Source: Escherichia coli (GTDB taxonomy: Bacteria; Pseudomonadota; Gammaproteobacteria; Enterobacterales; Enterobacteriaceae). Taken from it: a DNA stretch of 64,000 nucleotides. Shown here in pieces: positions 36,602-45,324 of the stretch. The translations under genes were made by a program, and so were the position numbers. The notes under the pieces were generated by a model. That model was not told the DNA's origin, did no database searches, and saw nothing but the letters and a program-made list of their open reading frames with translations. Where the stretch lies: NCBI RefSeq assembly GCF_003018255.1, contig NZ_CP027440.1; one strand, 5' to 3'. Position 1 is the first letter of the stretch; every line of letters begins with the position of its first letter.

Positions 36602-36980
36602 TTTCTTTTTTTGTTCAAATAGTTACTCCGAAGAAAAAATAGAGATAATAAACATTAATAAACCAATATATATAGGTACCAATCAATCAGATAAGGTGCT
36701 TATTACTGCGTGTAATCATTGGGTGCTTAATTCTAGAGATATTATAGACATATTCAATCTAAGTATAAAGCATGATGATTATGGCGAAATAAACAGAATG
36801 TATTATTGGTTACCTTGTGAAATTAGAGGGAGACTAATGTATGACGGAATAGAATGGAGTTTTGTTATCAATGCTGCTGCAACAGCAATGTGGATGAGCA
36901 ATGATAAAGAGATTTACTGGGGATGCAATAAAAAAGCATGCGATAATTTCTTTTTATTACCATATGATGGGATGAGGTAA
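36543..36980 (+). CDS. Candidate cognate immunity protein (periplasmic, signal peptide)
   Basis: Overlaps the 3' end of the amidase gene. N-terminus MIKLVIKQKVKALISIVLINFFFCSNSYS looks like a Sec signal peptide; Cys-rich; AT-rich. Start among ATG 36531/36537/36543 is uncertain. Confidence 0.5.
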   Translation: MIKLVIKQKVKALISIVLINFFFCSNSYSEEKIEIININKPIYIGTNQSDKVLITACNHWVLNSRDIIDIFNLSIKHDDYGEINRMYYWLPCEIRGRLMYDGIEWSFVINAAATAMWMSNDKEIYWGCNKKACDNFFLLPYDGMR

Positions 36981-37085
36981 ATCACAGTTAATAAAGCAAA
37001 AACATTATGGACAAGTGAATTAATCAGATAGTTCAAGCACCTTGAGATTCATTGTATTCATATTTCAGAATAACGGATTATTACA

Positions 37086-38300
37086 ATGCCCATCCGACTT
37101 AATACCATTCCCGACGCAGAACCCTATCCCGCACCGCCAGCCCGCATTAAATGGCTGTCAGCCTTATTACTGATGCTGTCTGTTGGTGTGGCAATAACCT
37201 CATTATTCGCCAGCGATGAACTGGCAAAAAACGGCCCATATTTCTGGGGGCTGGCCTGCGGCGTGCCTGCTTTTATCTGGTCACTGGTCGGTTCGGTGCG
37301 CTGGCTGGTATTTGTCACTCAACATATTCGTGCCGATGCCTGGAATCAACGTCGCGAAGAAGTCATTTTGCAGGAAACACGGCGGGGACGACGGGCGTTG
37401 CAGATACTCAGTTTTTCCGTACAAACCGCGCTGAATGGTGATTCCGTCGCAGAAACTACAACAGCATTTCTGGCGCGTCATCAGGTGTTGAATACTTACG
37501 CTGATTTGCGCGGAGAAGATACCGTGCGTCGCAGTGTCATTCCCGTATTAACCAATAAACCGGTTACCGGGCGTTTATCCGAAATTATTTCCCGCCTTTT
37601 TATTGATATCAGACCGCAATTGTTTCTGCTGCCCCCTGATTTTCATATCAACGTACTACTGGAAATTGATGCGCCGCTTTCAGGGGCCTCCGTGAGAACT
37701 ATCTGGCAGGACGAATGGCAAAAAGCCGGACTCCCCGAAGCCCGTCTGTTTTCTGCCCCGGAGCCGGGGCTGGCCGCCGTGGACGACTGGCTGGACAACT
37801 TTATTCAGGAAAAGGCCGTACTGCTGGTGATTTCCGTGCGTCTGGAACCGAAGAACCCGGAACGGACGGCAGAATCCGCCACCGCGCTGTTGCTGGCAAA
37901 CCGACTGACGCAAACCGCGCTGACGCCGCTGGCCCTGCTGCATCGTCCTGAACGTATCACAGATACGGAGATGATGGCGTCAGGCATTGCACAGGCGCTG
38001 GACTGGATGCCGGTGCAGCCAGATGCCATATCCGGCATGTGGACAGTCGAACTGAACAGGGAACAGCGCGCCTCGCTGCTGTCATCTAACCAGCCGTTTA
38101 CTCAGGAAGCCCTGATGTACGAGCTGGATGCCTTTCTGGGGTGCTCCGGACCGGCAGCGCCGTGGCTGTCCGTCGCTGCGGCAACGCTGGCGGCAATACA
38201 ATCACAACACCCCCAACTGACGCTCAGCGGCGTTCAGAACGGGCATTATTCATGGGCGACCATGGTGTCGCCATTCGTTTCCCCTCAGGAGGCATCATAG
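37086..38300 (+). CDS. Uncharacterised T6SS-cluster inner-membrane protein (two N-terminal TM helices plus cytoplasmic domain)
   Basis: 404 aa, GC-rich like the core genes. TM segments WLSALLLMLSVGVAITSLF and FWGLACGVPAFIWSLVGSVRWLVFV. Stop TAG overlaps the tssM GTG start. Confidence 0.6.
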   Translation: MPIRLNTIPDAEPYPAPPARIKWLSALLLMLSVGVAITSLFASDELAKNGPYFWGLACGVPAFIWSLVGSVRWLVFVTQHIRADAWNQRREEVILQETRRGRRALQILSFSVQTALNGDSVAETTTAFLARHQVLNTYADLRGEDTVRRSVIPVLTNKPVTGRLSEIISRLFIDIRPQLFLLPPDFHINVLLEIDAPLSGASVRTIWQDEWQKAGLPEARLFSAPEPGLAAVDDWLDNFIQEKAVLLVISVRLEPKNPERTAESATALLLANRLTQTALTPLALLHRPERITDTEMMASGIAQALDWMPVQPDAISGMWTVELNREQRASLLSSNQPFTQEALMYELDAFLGCSGPAAPWLSVAAATLAAIQSQHPQLTLSGVQNGHYSWATMVSPFVSPQEAS

Positions 38301-41300
38301 TGGTTCCGGGATTAAACCGTCTCCGGCCCCGTTCGGTTTCAGGGCCTGCCATCGTCATGACCGTGGCCGTTGTGGTTGCGCTTTGCACGTTTATTCACCG
38401 TAAACCGGCATTGCTGGGCGTTGAACCGGGTAGTTCACAGCAAATGTACTGGATGGCTGGCGTGATTGCCGCAGGTGTGGTCTTTCTGATTATCATGGGG
38501 GTTTATCATCTGCTGAACCGCCACGCTGCCGTACAGAGCTTTGAACTCCACAGACAGCTTGCCGCCGGAGATGACTATCGGGCGGTGACGACAAAGAAAG
38601 CCGACAGCCGTCATCCGGCAATGGTGGAACTCGCCGCCTTCCTGCGCGACCGCTACGGCCCATTCTGGCGGCGTAAAATCCGCCTGCTGCTGGTGACCGG
38701 CGAGCCTGAACAGGCAGAGGCCATCGCGCCGGGGCTGACCGGGCAACACTGGCTGGAGGGCGACCACACGGTGCTGATATATGGCGGCAGGCCATCTACA
38801 GAGCCTGATGTCGCGCTACTGACCGCCTTAAAAAAACTGCGCCGCAGCCGTCCGCTGGACGGCATCATCTGGCCGCTGACAGAAGAACAGAGCCGCCAGA
38901 CGGCGCAACTCGACAAAGGCTGGCGCGAACTGATAAACGGCGGTAAGCGACTCGGTTTTCAGGCTCCACTCTATTTGTGGCAGGTCTGTGACAACGGTGA
39001 TTATCAGACCGGACGCCCCCTGCAAAGCGTCGGCTGCCTGCTGTCGGAACGCTGTACCCCGGAACAACTGGCTGCAATGCTGGAAGCACAAACCCTGCCG
39101 CTGACGGAACAGGGCATGTCGCAGCTGCTTACCGATAACCGCCATGATTTCCTGCTGCGTCTGGCCCATACCCTTGCAGAGCGGGGTATCGCTCACTGGC
39201 AAAGTATCCTGAAACCGCTGCTGGCAGGCGGCGCATTTTCCTCCCTGCGCCTGCGTGGCCTGATGTTCAGCCCGCCGCTTACCGCCGTACCGGAAGCCGC
39301 ACCTCATGCGTGGCTGCCGTCACCGGTCTGGGCGGGCGTGACCGGCGATAACGCGCGGGGTCGCACGGTGGGCTTTCCGTGGCTGCGTATCACGCTGATG
39401 TCTGCTGTCTGCGTACTGGCGATATGGGGGGCCGGAATGACGACCTCGTTCTTCGCCAACCGCGCACTTGTTCAGGAAACCAGCATCCAGACGGCGCGTG
39501 CACTCGATATCCGTCTGCCGCTGTCTGAACAACTGGTGGCGCTGCATACCCTGCAGGGTGAACTGGAGCGCCTGCAGTACCGTATCCGGGAGGGTGCGCC
39601 GTGGTATCAGCGTTTTGGCCTTGAACGTAACCAGCAACTGCTCGCCGCCGCCTTTCCCGGCTATGCGCAGGCGGCAAACCGGCTGGTGCGCGACGTGGCC
39701 GTTGACCATCTGCAACAGCAACTGAATGCCTTTGTCGCGCTGCCGCCCAATAGTCCGCAGCGTACCGCCACCGGCGAACAGCGCTATAAGCAGCTTAAGG
39801 CATTGCTGATGACTTCCCGCCCGGAAAAGGCCGACGCTGCCTTTTTCAGTACCACGCTGATGGCAGATGACCTGCGCTATGCAGGTGTACCGGAAGGTGT
39901 GCGTCAGAGCGTGTTGCCGTCACTGCTGACCTTCTGGATGGCGAATCTGCCGGAACACCCACAGTGGAAAACTTCGCCGCCACCGGAACTGACCGGCGCA
40001 GTGCGCAAAATCCTGCTGCGCCAGATTGGTGTGCGCAATGCCGAAAACACTCTCTACCAGAACGTACTGCAACAGGTGTCCCGCAACTACGCCGATATGA
40101 CGCTGGCGGACATGACCGGGGATACGCTCACCGAATCTCTTTTCAGTACGGAGCAGACGGTGCCGGGGATGTTTACCCGTCAGGCGTGGGAAGGACAGGT
40201 CAGGGAAGCCATCGAGCAGGTGGTGACGGCGCGGCGCGAGGAAATCGACTGGGTACTCAGCGACCGCCAGCAGGATACCTCTGCGGATATCTCGCCGGAT
40301 ATGCTGCGTAACCGTCTCACTTCACGCTACTTTACCGACTTTGCCGGAAGCTGGCTGGCGTTTCTCAACAGCATTCGCTGGAAAAAGGAAGACTCGCTCT
40401 CCGGCATTCTCGACCAGTTGACGCTGATGGCCGATGCCCGCCAGTCACCGCTGATTGCGCTGACAGACACCCTCGCGTGGCAGGCGGCGGCTGGCAGGGA
40501 AAACCGTGGCCTGTCAGACTCGCTGGCGAAATCGGCACAGGAACTGTTTAACGGCAAGGAGAAAACGCCGCAGCAATCCCGTGAAGGCGACGTGCCTGTC
40601 GGGCCGCTGGATAAAACCTTCGCGCCGCTGCTGCGGTTGCTTGGCGATAAGGCAGGAGGCGGCGACAGCCAGCTGAGCCTGCAGACCTACCTCACCCGAG
40701 TCACCCGCGTGCGCCTCAAACTGCAACAGGTGACCAACGCCCCTGACCCGCAGGAGATGACCCAGCAACTGGCGCAGACGGTCTTACAAGGCAAAACCGT
40801 TGACCTTACCGACACCCGCGACTATGGCAGCCTGATAGCCGCCAGTCTGGGTGAAGAGTGGAGTGGCTTCGGTCAGGCGCTGTTCGTCCGCCCGGTGGAG
40901 CAGTCATGGCGGCAGGTGCTGACGCCTGCGGCAGACAGCCTGAACCGCCAGTGGCAGCGGGCGATTGTCAGCCACTGGGATCAGGACTTCGCTGGTCGCT
41001 ACCCGTTCAAAGCCTCACAAAACGATGCCTCCCTCCCCCTGCTGGCGCAGTACCTGCGCGATGACGGGCGCATCAACCAGTTTATCGCCGCCAATCTTTC
41101 CGGCGTACTGAAACGTGAAGGCCGCTACTGGGTGGCTGACGCCATGAACACGCAGGGGCTGACAGTCAATCCGGACTTTATTCGCGCCCTGAACCGCCTG
41201 CGCGATGTGGCCGATACCGCCTTTGCCAGCGGCGATGCAGGGATACATTTTGAACTGCGGGCAAAACCGGCGCGCGACGTGATGAAGACGCATCTGGTGA

Positions 41301-41683
41301 TTGACGGGCAGGAGCTGGAATATTTCAACCAGAAGGAACGCTGGCAGCGTTTTAACTGGCCGGATGAACAGTGGCAACCCGGCGCATCGCTGAGCTGGAC
41401 CAGTACGCAGGCGATGGAACGCATACTGGCGGATTATCGGGGAAGCTGGAGCCTTATTCGCCTGCTGGAACAGGCGCAGGTGACACCGGTGGACAGCAGT
41501 ACCTTTAAAGTGGTGTGGAAAGCGCAGGACGGCCTGCCGCTGAATTACCTGCTGCGGGTTGAACAGGGTAAAGGGCCGCTGGCGCTGCTGGAACTGAAAA
41601 ACTTCCGCCTGCCGGGACAGGTGTTCCTGACCGGCAGGAGTATGAAGGATGCGGAAGAATACGGGGAAGACGCCGATGAGTGA
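38300..41683 (+). CDS. tssM: T6SS membrane-complex protein TssM (IcmF-like)
   Basis: Start placed at GTG 38300 with AGGAGG at 38287-38292, giving 1127 aa with the canonical TM1-TM2-cytoplasmic-TM3-periplasmic layout. The track's ATG 38141 would overlap the upstream gene by 160 nt. Confidence 0.85.
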   Translation: MVPGLNRLRPRSVSGPAIVMTVAVVVALCTFIHRKPALLGVEPGSSQQMYWMAGVIAAGVVFLIIMGVYHLLNRHAAVQSFELHRQLAAGDDYRAVTTKKADSRHPAMVELAAFLRDRYGPFWRRKIRLLLVTGEPEQAEAIAPGLTGQHWLEGDHTVLIYGGRPSTEPDVALLTALKKLRRSRPLDGIIWPLTEEQSRQTAQLDKGWRELINGGKRLGFQAPLYLWQVCDNGDYQTGRPLQSVGCLLSERCTPEQLAAMLEAQTLPLTEQGMSQLLTDNRHDFLLRLAHTLAERGIAHWQSILKPLLAGGAFSSLRLRGLMFSPPLTAVPEAAPHAWLPSPVWAGVTGDNARGRTVGFPWLRITLMSAVCVLAIWGAGMTTSFFANRALVQETSIQTARALDIRLPLSEQLVALHTLQGELERLQYRIREGAPWYQRFGLERNQQLLAAAFPGYAQAANRLVRDVAVDHLQQQLNAFVALPPNSPQRTATGEQRYKQLKALLMTSRPEKADAAFFSTTLMADDLRYAGVPEGVRQSVLPSLLTFWMANLPEHPQWKTSPPPELTGAVRKILLRQIGVRNAENTLYQNVLQQVSRNYADMTLADMTGDTLTESLFSTEQTVPGMFTRQAWEGQVREAIEQVVTARREEIDWVLSDRQQDTSADISPDMLRNRLTSRYFTDFAGSWLAFLNSIRWKKEDSLSGILDQLTLMADARQSPLIALTDTLAWQAAAGRENRGLSDSLAKSAQELFNGKEKTPQQSREGDVPVGPLDKTFAPLLRLLGDKAGGGDSQLSLQTYLTRVTRVRLKLQQVTNAPDPQEMTQQLAQTVLQGKTVDLTDTRDYGSLIAASLGEEWSGFGQALFVRPVEQSWRQVLTPAADSLNRQWQRAIVSHWDQDFAGRYPFKASQNDASLPLLAQYLRDDGRINQFIAANLSGVLKREGRYWVADAMNTQGLTVNPDFIRALNRLRDVADTAFASGDAGIHFELRAKPARDVMKTHLVIDGQELEYFNQKERWQRFNWPDEQWQPGASLSWTSTQAMERILADYRGSWSLIRLLEQAQVTPVDSSTFKVVWKAQDGLPLNYLLRVEQGKGPLALLELKNFRLPGQVFLTGRSMKDAEEYGEDADE

Positions 41684-43286
41684 ACTGTTGCAAAAGCTGA
41701 CCCGTAGCTGTTTTGCCGACCGGGACGCACTGGACTCGGCGCGAACACAGGCGGCGCTGTGGCAGACATGGCTGCTGCCGGTGACGGCAGATACGCCGGT
41801 CGGGGAAGACCCCGGCTACCACGACGATTTCCTGCGTATCCGCGACGAGATGAACAAACTTTCCGGCGCGGATACGGACCTTATCTGCCAGCTTGCCGAA
41901 TCCCTGCTGCTGACGCAGGCAAAAGACGTGCGCATCGCCACTTACTATATCTGGGCGCGACTGCACCGCGATGGCGAACGCGGACTGGCTGAGGGGCTGG
42001 CGCTGTTAGCCGGACTGGTGGAACGCTTCGGTGCGCAACTGCTGCCCTCGCGCCCGGCAAGCCGAAAAATGGCGCTGGAGTGGCTGGCAGGGGAAAAGAT
42101 GCTCGACAGCCTTGCCCGCTACCCGGAAGTGGCAAAAGAGGATTTTGCGAACATTGTTGCCGCTCTTAATCAACTGACGGTTTCCTTCACTGCATGGCCC
42201 GAAGACCAGCATTCCCCCTCCCTGATGCCGCTGATTAACGCGCTGGAATCACGTCTGGCGCAGTCGGGTGGGATGAACGCGGTGGTGCCGCAGAACAGCA
42301 GCGGCGTTCCGGCACCGTCTTCCCCGGTGGATGCGCCACAGGTACAGACCATCACTTCCGGGCGCGACCTGCTCGACCAGGCGAAAGTGCTGGCCCGTTA
42401 TCTGAACGAACAGCCGCAGGGCTGGCTTTCAGCACACCGGCTGATGAAAACCCTGCGCTGGGACACGGTGCATGAACTGCCGCCGGATGTGGACGGAAAA
42501 ACCCGGCTGGCCCCGCCGCGCACAGAATCACGCAACCAGCTTAAGCGGCTGTATGCTCAGCAGAACTGGACGGAACTGCTGGAGCAGGCCGACCTGATGT
42601 TCAGCACCGGCGTCAGCCATTTCTGGCTGGACATTCAGTGGTATCTGCATCAGGCGCTGACTAAGGCGGGCGCACCGTGGGACAGGTGGACAGCGGTTAT
42701 CCGTCAGGACCTGGCGTTACTACTGGAACGCCTGCCGGGGCTGGAAAATCTGGCATGGAACGACGGCACGCCGTTCGCCGATGAGTTGACGCGCAACTGG
42801 ATAGCGCAGCAGGTCATGATGCGGGAAGACGGCGCATGGCTTGCGGGGAAAGCCGCTGTACCGACAGACGACGCCACAAACGACGTACTGGCGCTGGAGC
42901 CGGAAGCGCTGGAGATGGCAGACAGTCAGGGCGTGGAAGCGGCGCTGGGCTGGATACAGACCCGTCCGGGCATCACCACGGCACGCCAGCGCCTGTTATT
43001 GCGACTGCTGATGGCGCGGGTGGCGGAACAGTACGGTAAAAACGAGATGGCGCTCCTGCTGCTGGAAGAACTGGATATCGCCGCACAGGGGCTGACGCTG
43101 ACGCAGTGGGAGCCGGACCTGCTGTTTGAGGTAAAAGCCCGACAGCTGAAACAGCTGCGCCTGCGGGCGCACCGCTATGCGGATAAAGCCCTGCTGAACC
43201 GAAAAATGGAAATCCTGCTGGGAACGCTGGTGACAATAGATCCGGTACGGGCAGCGGTATTGTGTGATACGCAACATAAGGACTGA
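41676..43286 (+). CDS. tssA: T6SS protein TssA (ImpA N-terminal domain)
   Basis: MSELLQKLTRSCFADRDALDSARTQAALWQTWLLPVTADTPVGEDPGYHDDFLRIRDEM... (ImpA_N signature). ATG 41676 overlaps the tssM stop (ATGAGTGA). Confidence 0.8.
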   Translation: MSELLQKLTRSCFADRDALDSARTQAALWQTWLLPVTADTPVGEDPGYHDDFLRIRDEMNKLSGADTDLICQLAESLLLTQAKDVRIATYYIWARLHRDGERGLAEGLALLAGLVERFGAQLLPSRPASRKMALEWLAGEKMLDSLARYPEVAKEDFANIVAALNQLTVSFTAWPEDQHSPSLMPLINALESRLAQSGGMNAVVPQNSSGVPAPSSPVDAPQVQTITSGRDLLDQAKVLARYLNEQPQGWLSAHRLMKTLRWDTVHELPPDVDGKTRLAPPRTESRNQLKRLYAQQNWTELLEQADLMFSTGVSHFWLDIQWYLHQALTKAGAPWDRWTAVIRQDLALLLERLPGLENLAWNDGTPFADELTRNWIAQQVMMREDGAWLAGKAAVPTDDATNDVLALEPEALEMADSQGVEAALGWIQTRPGITTARQRLLLRLLMARVAEQYGKNEMALLLLEELDIAAQGLTLTQWEPDLLFEVKARQLKQLRLRAHRYADKALLNRKMEILLGTLVTIDPVRAAVLCDTQHKD

Positions 43287-44698
43287 TGGCAATGGGAACA
43301 GGCTACTTTCTGGTCAGGGGGGACAAAACCACCTGCGGCGGCAAAATTATTGAAGGCGCGGACGACCATACGATCATGGGTATCCCGCAGGCGCGGGATA
43401 TGGACCGGGTCACCTGCGGCAGATATCCGGGAATGTTTATTATTGTGGGCGGCGTTCCTGAAACAGATATTCACGGCAGGCTGATGGCGGGGACGCTGGA
43501 CAGTCAGAGCAGTTGCCCGTGTAAGGCACGGTTTATTGCGTCAATGATGGATGATACGTATGAGACGGATGACGGGGAAAGTGAAGCGGAACAACATGCG
43601 CAGTCGGCGAAAAAGGATCTGACTTCTGGTTCTGATTCATCCTCTGATGATGTAAAACTGGATTACAGAATTAAATTATCAGGTAATAAGATACTGACGC
43701 CACTGAATATACCTGATTATAAAGAAATGATTAGCGGTGGTAGTACGAAGAATACAGAAAAAATAGATTTTACCATCACAAATAAAGGCGATGAGGCTGA
43801 AGCGCTTTCTCTGGAAGTGCTTGATGGTAATGAAGTGATTTATAGTGAACGGCAGACCGGTAAATATTGTGATAAGGGAGAGCATGCCTGGCAATGGGAT
43901 GGCTACAGTAATCAAGGCATACTGGATACAACTAAGATAAAAAGCAAATCACTACTCGTAAGACTGATTGCTTTATGTGGTGATATGATGATAAAAGTTG
44001 ATTATCCATTGAAAAATGCTGCGAAAGAAGAAGAGTGGGTTGATGTAAAAGTTGACAGAAATAATAAAGTGGTCGATATAACATGGAGATTATCTGTTAA
44101 GGATAGCGGTACAAAAGGCAGTAACCCTGAGTTATCGCCAATACCTTATAGCGATTTAGTTAGTCTTACTAAAAATGGCGTGGAGTTTTACTGGTCACGA
44201 AATGGAAGTCGCGGCGGGGGAATTGGTGGTAATATCGTTACAGCGATTGGGGTTTTTAAAGTAAATGTAAAGGCTGAGATAAATATTACTCCATCTATGC
44301 GAACTTTTGATTTGATATCATCGTTAGATCCAGATATGCAGTCGTCGGTAAGTCTTTTGGGGTTTGAAAAAATATACCATAACTATGGTGGCTATTATAA
44401 TAACAGCAAGGATGAAATAAAGGCTCTTCTATATAGTAATGAAAGATATAAATGGGATAGTGCTCATGAGATGGGACATAAAGTTATGGATAAATATGGT
44501 TCTGAATCATGGACACATAAGGGGACATCCACGCGGGGTCAAAGTACCATCCCTAATACTCCAATGCCATCTTCAGGAGAGATTGATATAATGAAATATG
44601 CAGATAGCTATGCACCTGATAGATATAAGAGATTGGTCGCGGCAGATGAAGATGTTCAGGCATTGATCTGGTTGAGCAGGGTGAGTTTTAATGATTAG
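43286..44698 (+). CDS. PAAR-domain protein with C-terminal HExxH (zincin-like) putative toxin domain; candidate specialised T6SS effector
   Basis: N-terminal about 85 aa is PAAR-like (GDKTTCGG...GIPQARDMDRVTCG...SSCPCKA) and GC-rich. The remainder is AT-rich and contains SAHEMGHKV. Start overlaps the tssA stop (TGATG). Confidence 0.7.
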   Translation: MAMGTGYFLVRGDKTTCGGKIIEGADDHTIMGIPQARDMDRVTCGRYPGMFIIVGGVPETDIHGRLMAGTLDSQSSCPCKARFIASMMDDTYETDDGESEAEQHAQSAKKDLTSGSDSSSDDVKLDYRIKLSGNKILTPLNIPDYKEMISGGSTKNTEKIDFTITNKGDEAEALSLEVLDGNEVIYSERQTGKYCDKGEHAWQWDGYSNQGILDTTKIKSKSLLVRLIALCGDMMIKVDYPLKNAAKEEEWVDVKVDRNNKVVDITWRLSVKDSGTKGSNPELSPIPYSDLVSLTKNGVEFYWSRNGSRGGGIGGNIVTAIGVFKVNVKAEINITPSMRTFDLISSLDPDMQSSVSLLGFEKIYHNYGGYYNNSKDEIKALLYSNERYKWDSAHEMGHKVMDKYGSESWTHKGTSTRGQSTIPNTPMPSSGEIDIMKYADSYAPDRYKRLVAADEDVQALIWLSRVSFND

Positions 44699-44713
44699 AA
44701 TAATTGTTTTTTA

Positions 44714-45115
44714 TTGTTTTTTTTGAGTGGGTGTACTTCACAAAAAGAGTATTCCAATATAGTCAGGATTGAGAATAGATGCTCCTCAGATATCGATGTC
44801 TTTATTCAGGGATATGTTTCCGGTTCTACGCTGATTTATCAGCATAATATACACTTGCCAGTTGGTGATAGTGATGTATTAGTATATTTTTCCACGGCAG
44901 ATATTGATGATGGTTTTAAATATGAGGGGGCATTCATGATATATAAAGATAGCCGCGGTGAATTGGATTATCCATTCACCATTTCATTGTCAGGGCGCGA
45001 AAAAAAATTTGGGAAGAATGACTTAATTAGATTATCACGAGATATTTCAACAAAAGACGACAGAAAATACGGAGTTATAAGATATATAATCGACAGTCAG
45101 GAAATTTGCCCGTGA
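44714..45115 (+). CDS. Candidate immunity lipoprotein for the PAAR-HExxH protein (5' end disrupted or phase-variable at a T8 tract)
   Basis: Track ORF starts at TTG 44714 (FFLSGCTSQ..., lipobox LSGC without a signal peptide). ATG 44691 in another frame encodes MIRIIVFYCFF then stops; one extra T in the T8 run (44717-44724) would fuse it into a canonical lipoprotein signal peptide. Confidence 0.5.
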   Translation: MFFLSGCTSQKEYSNIVRIENRCSSDIDVFIQGYVSGSTLIYQHNIHLPVGDSDVLVYFSTADIDDGFKYEGAFMIYKDSRGELDYPFTISLSGREKKFGKNDLIRLSRDISTKDDRKYGVIRYIIDSQEICP

Positions 45116-45324
45116 TGTTTTAAGTTATTCGTTCACAATTATTAATTATTGCCTATTATGTAAGGTAAATTTAATTTGGTTCAGAAAAGACAAGAATACA
45201 TCATTATTAAAATCAATAAGTCAGCAACTATCCATAATATATTCACATAGAATAAATTTAACTATGATGTTACTTCTACACCTGCATGATATTCACTTTC
45301 AATGAAAGGAAGATAATCCCTCCG

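Noticed and set aside
38141-38299. Possibility that tssM is split or frameshifted, with 37086-38300 as its N-terminal fragment
   Set aside because: The GTG at 38300 with a consensus RBS yields a full-length three-TM TssM on its own, so a pseudogene call is not required. The upstream gene is a separate ORF of unknown function.
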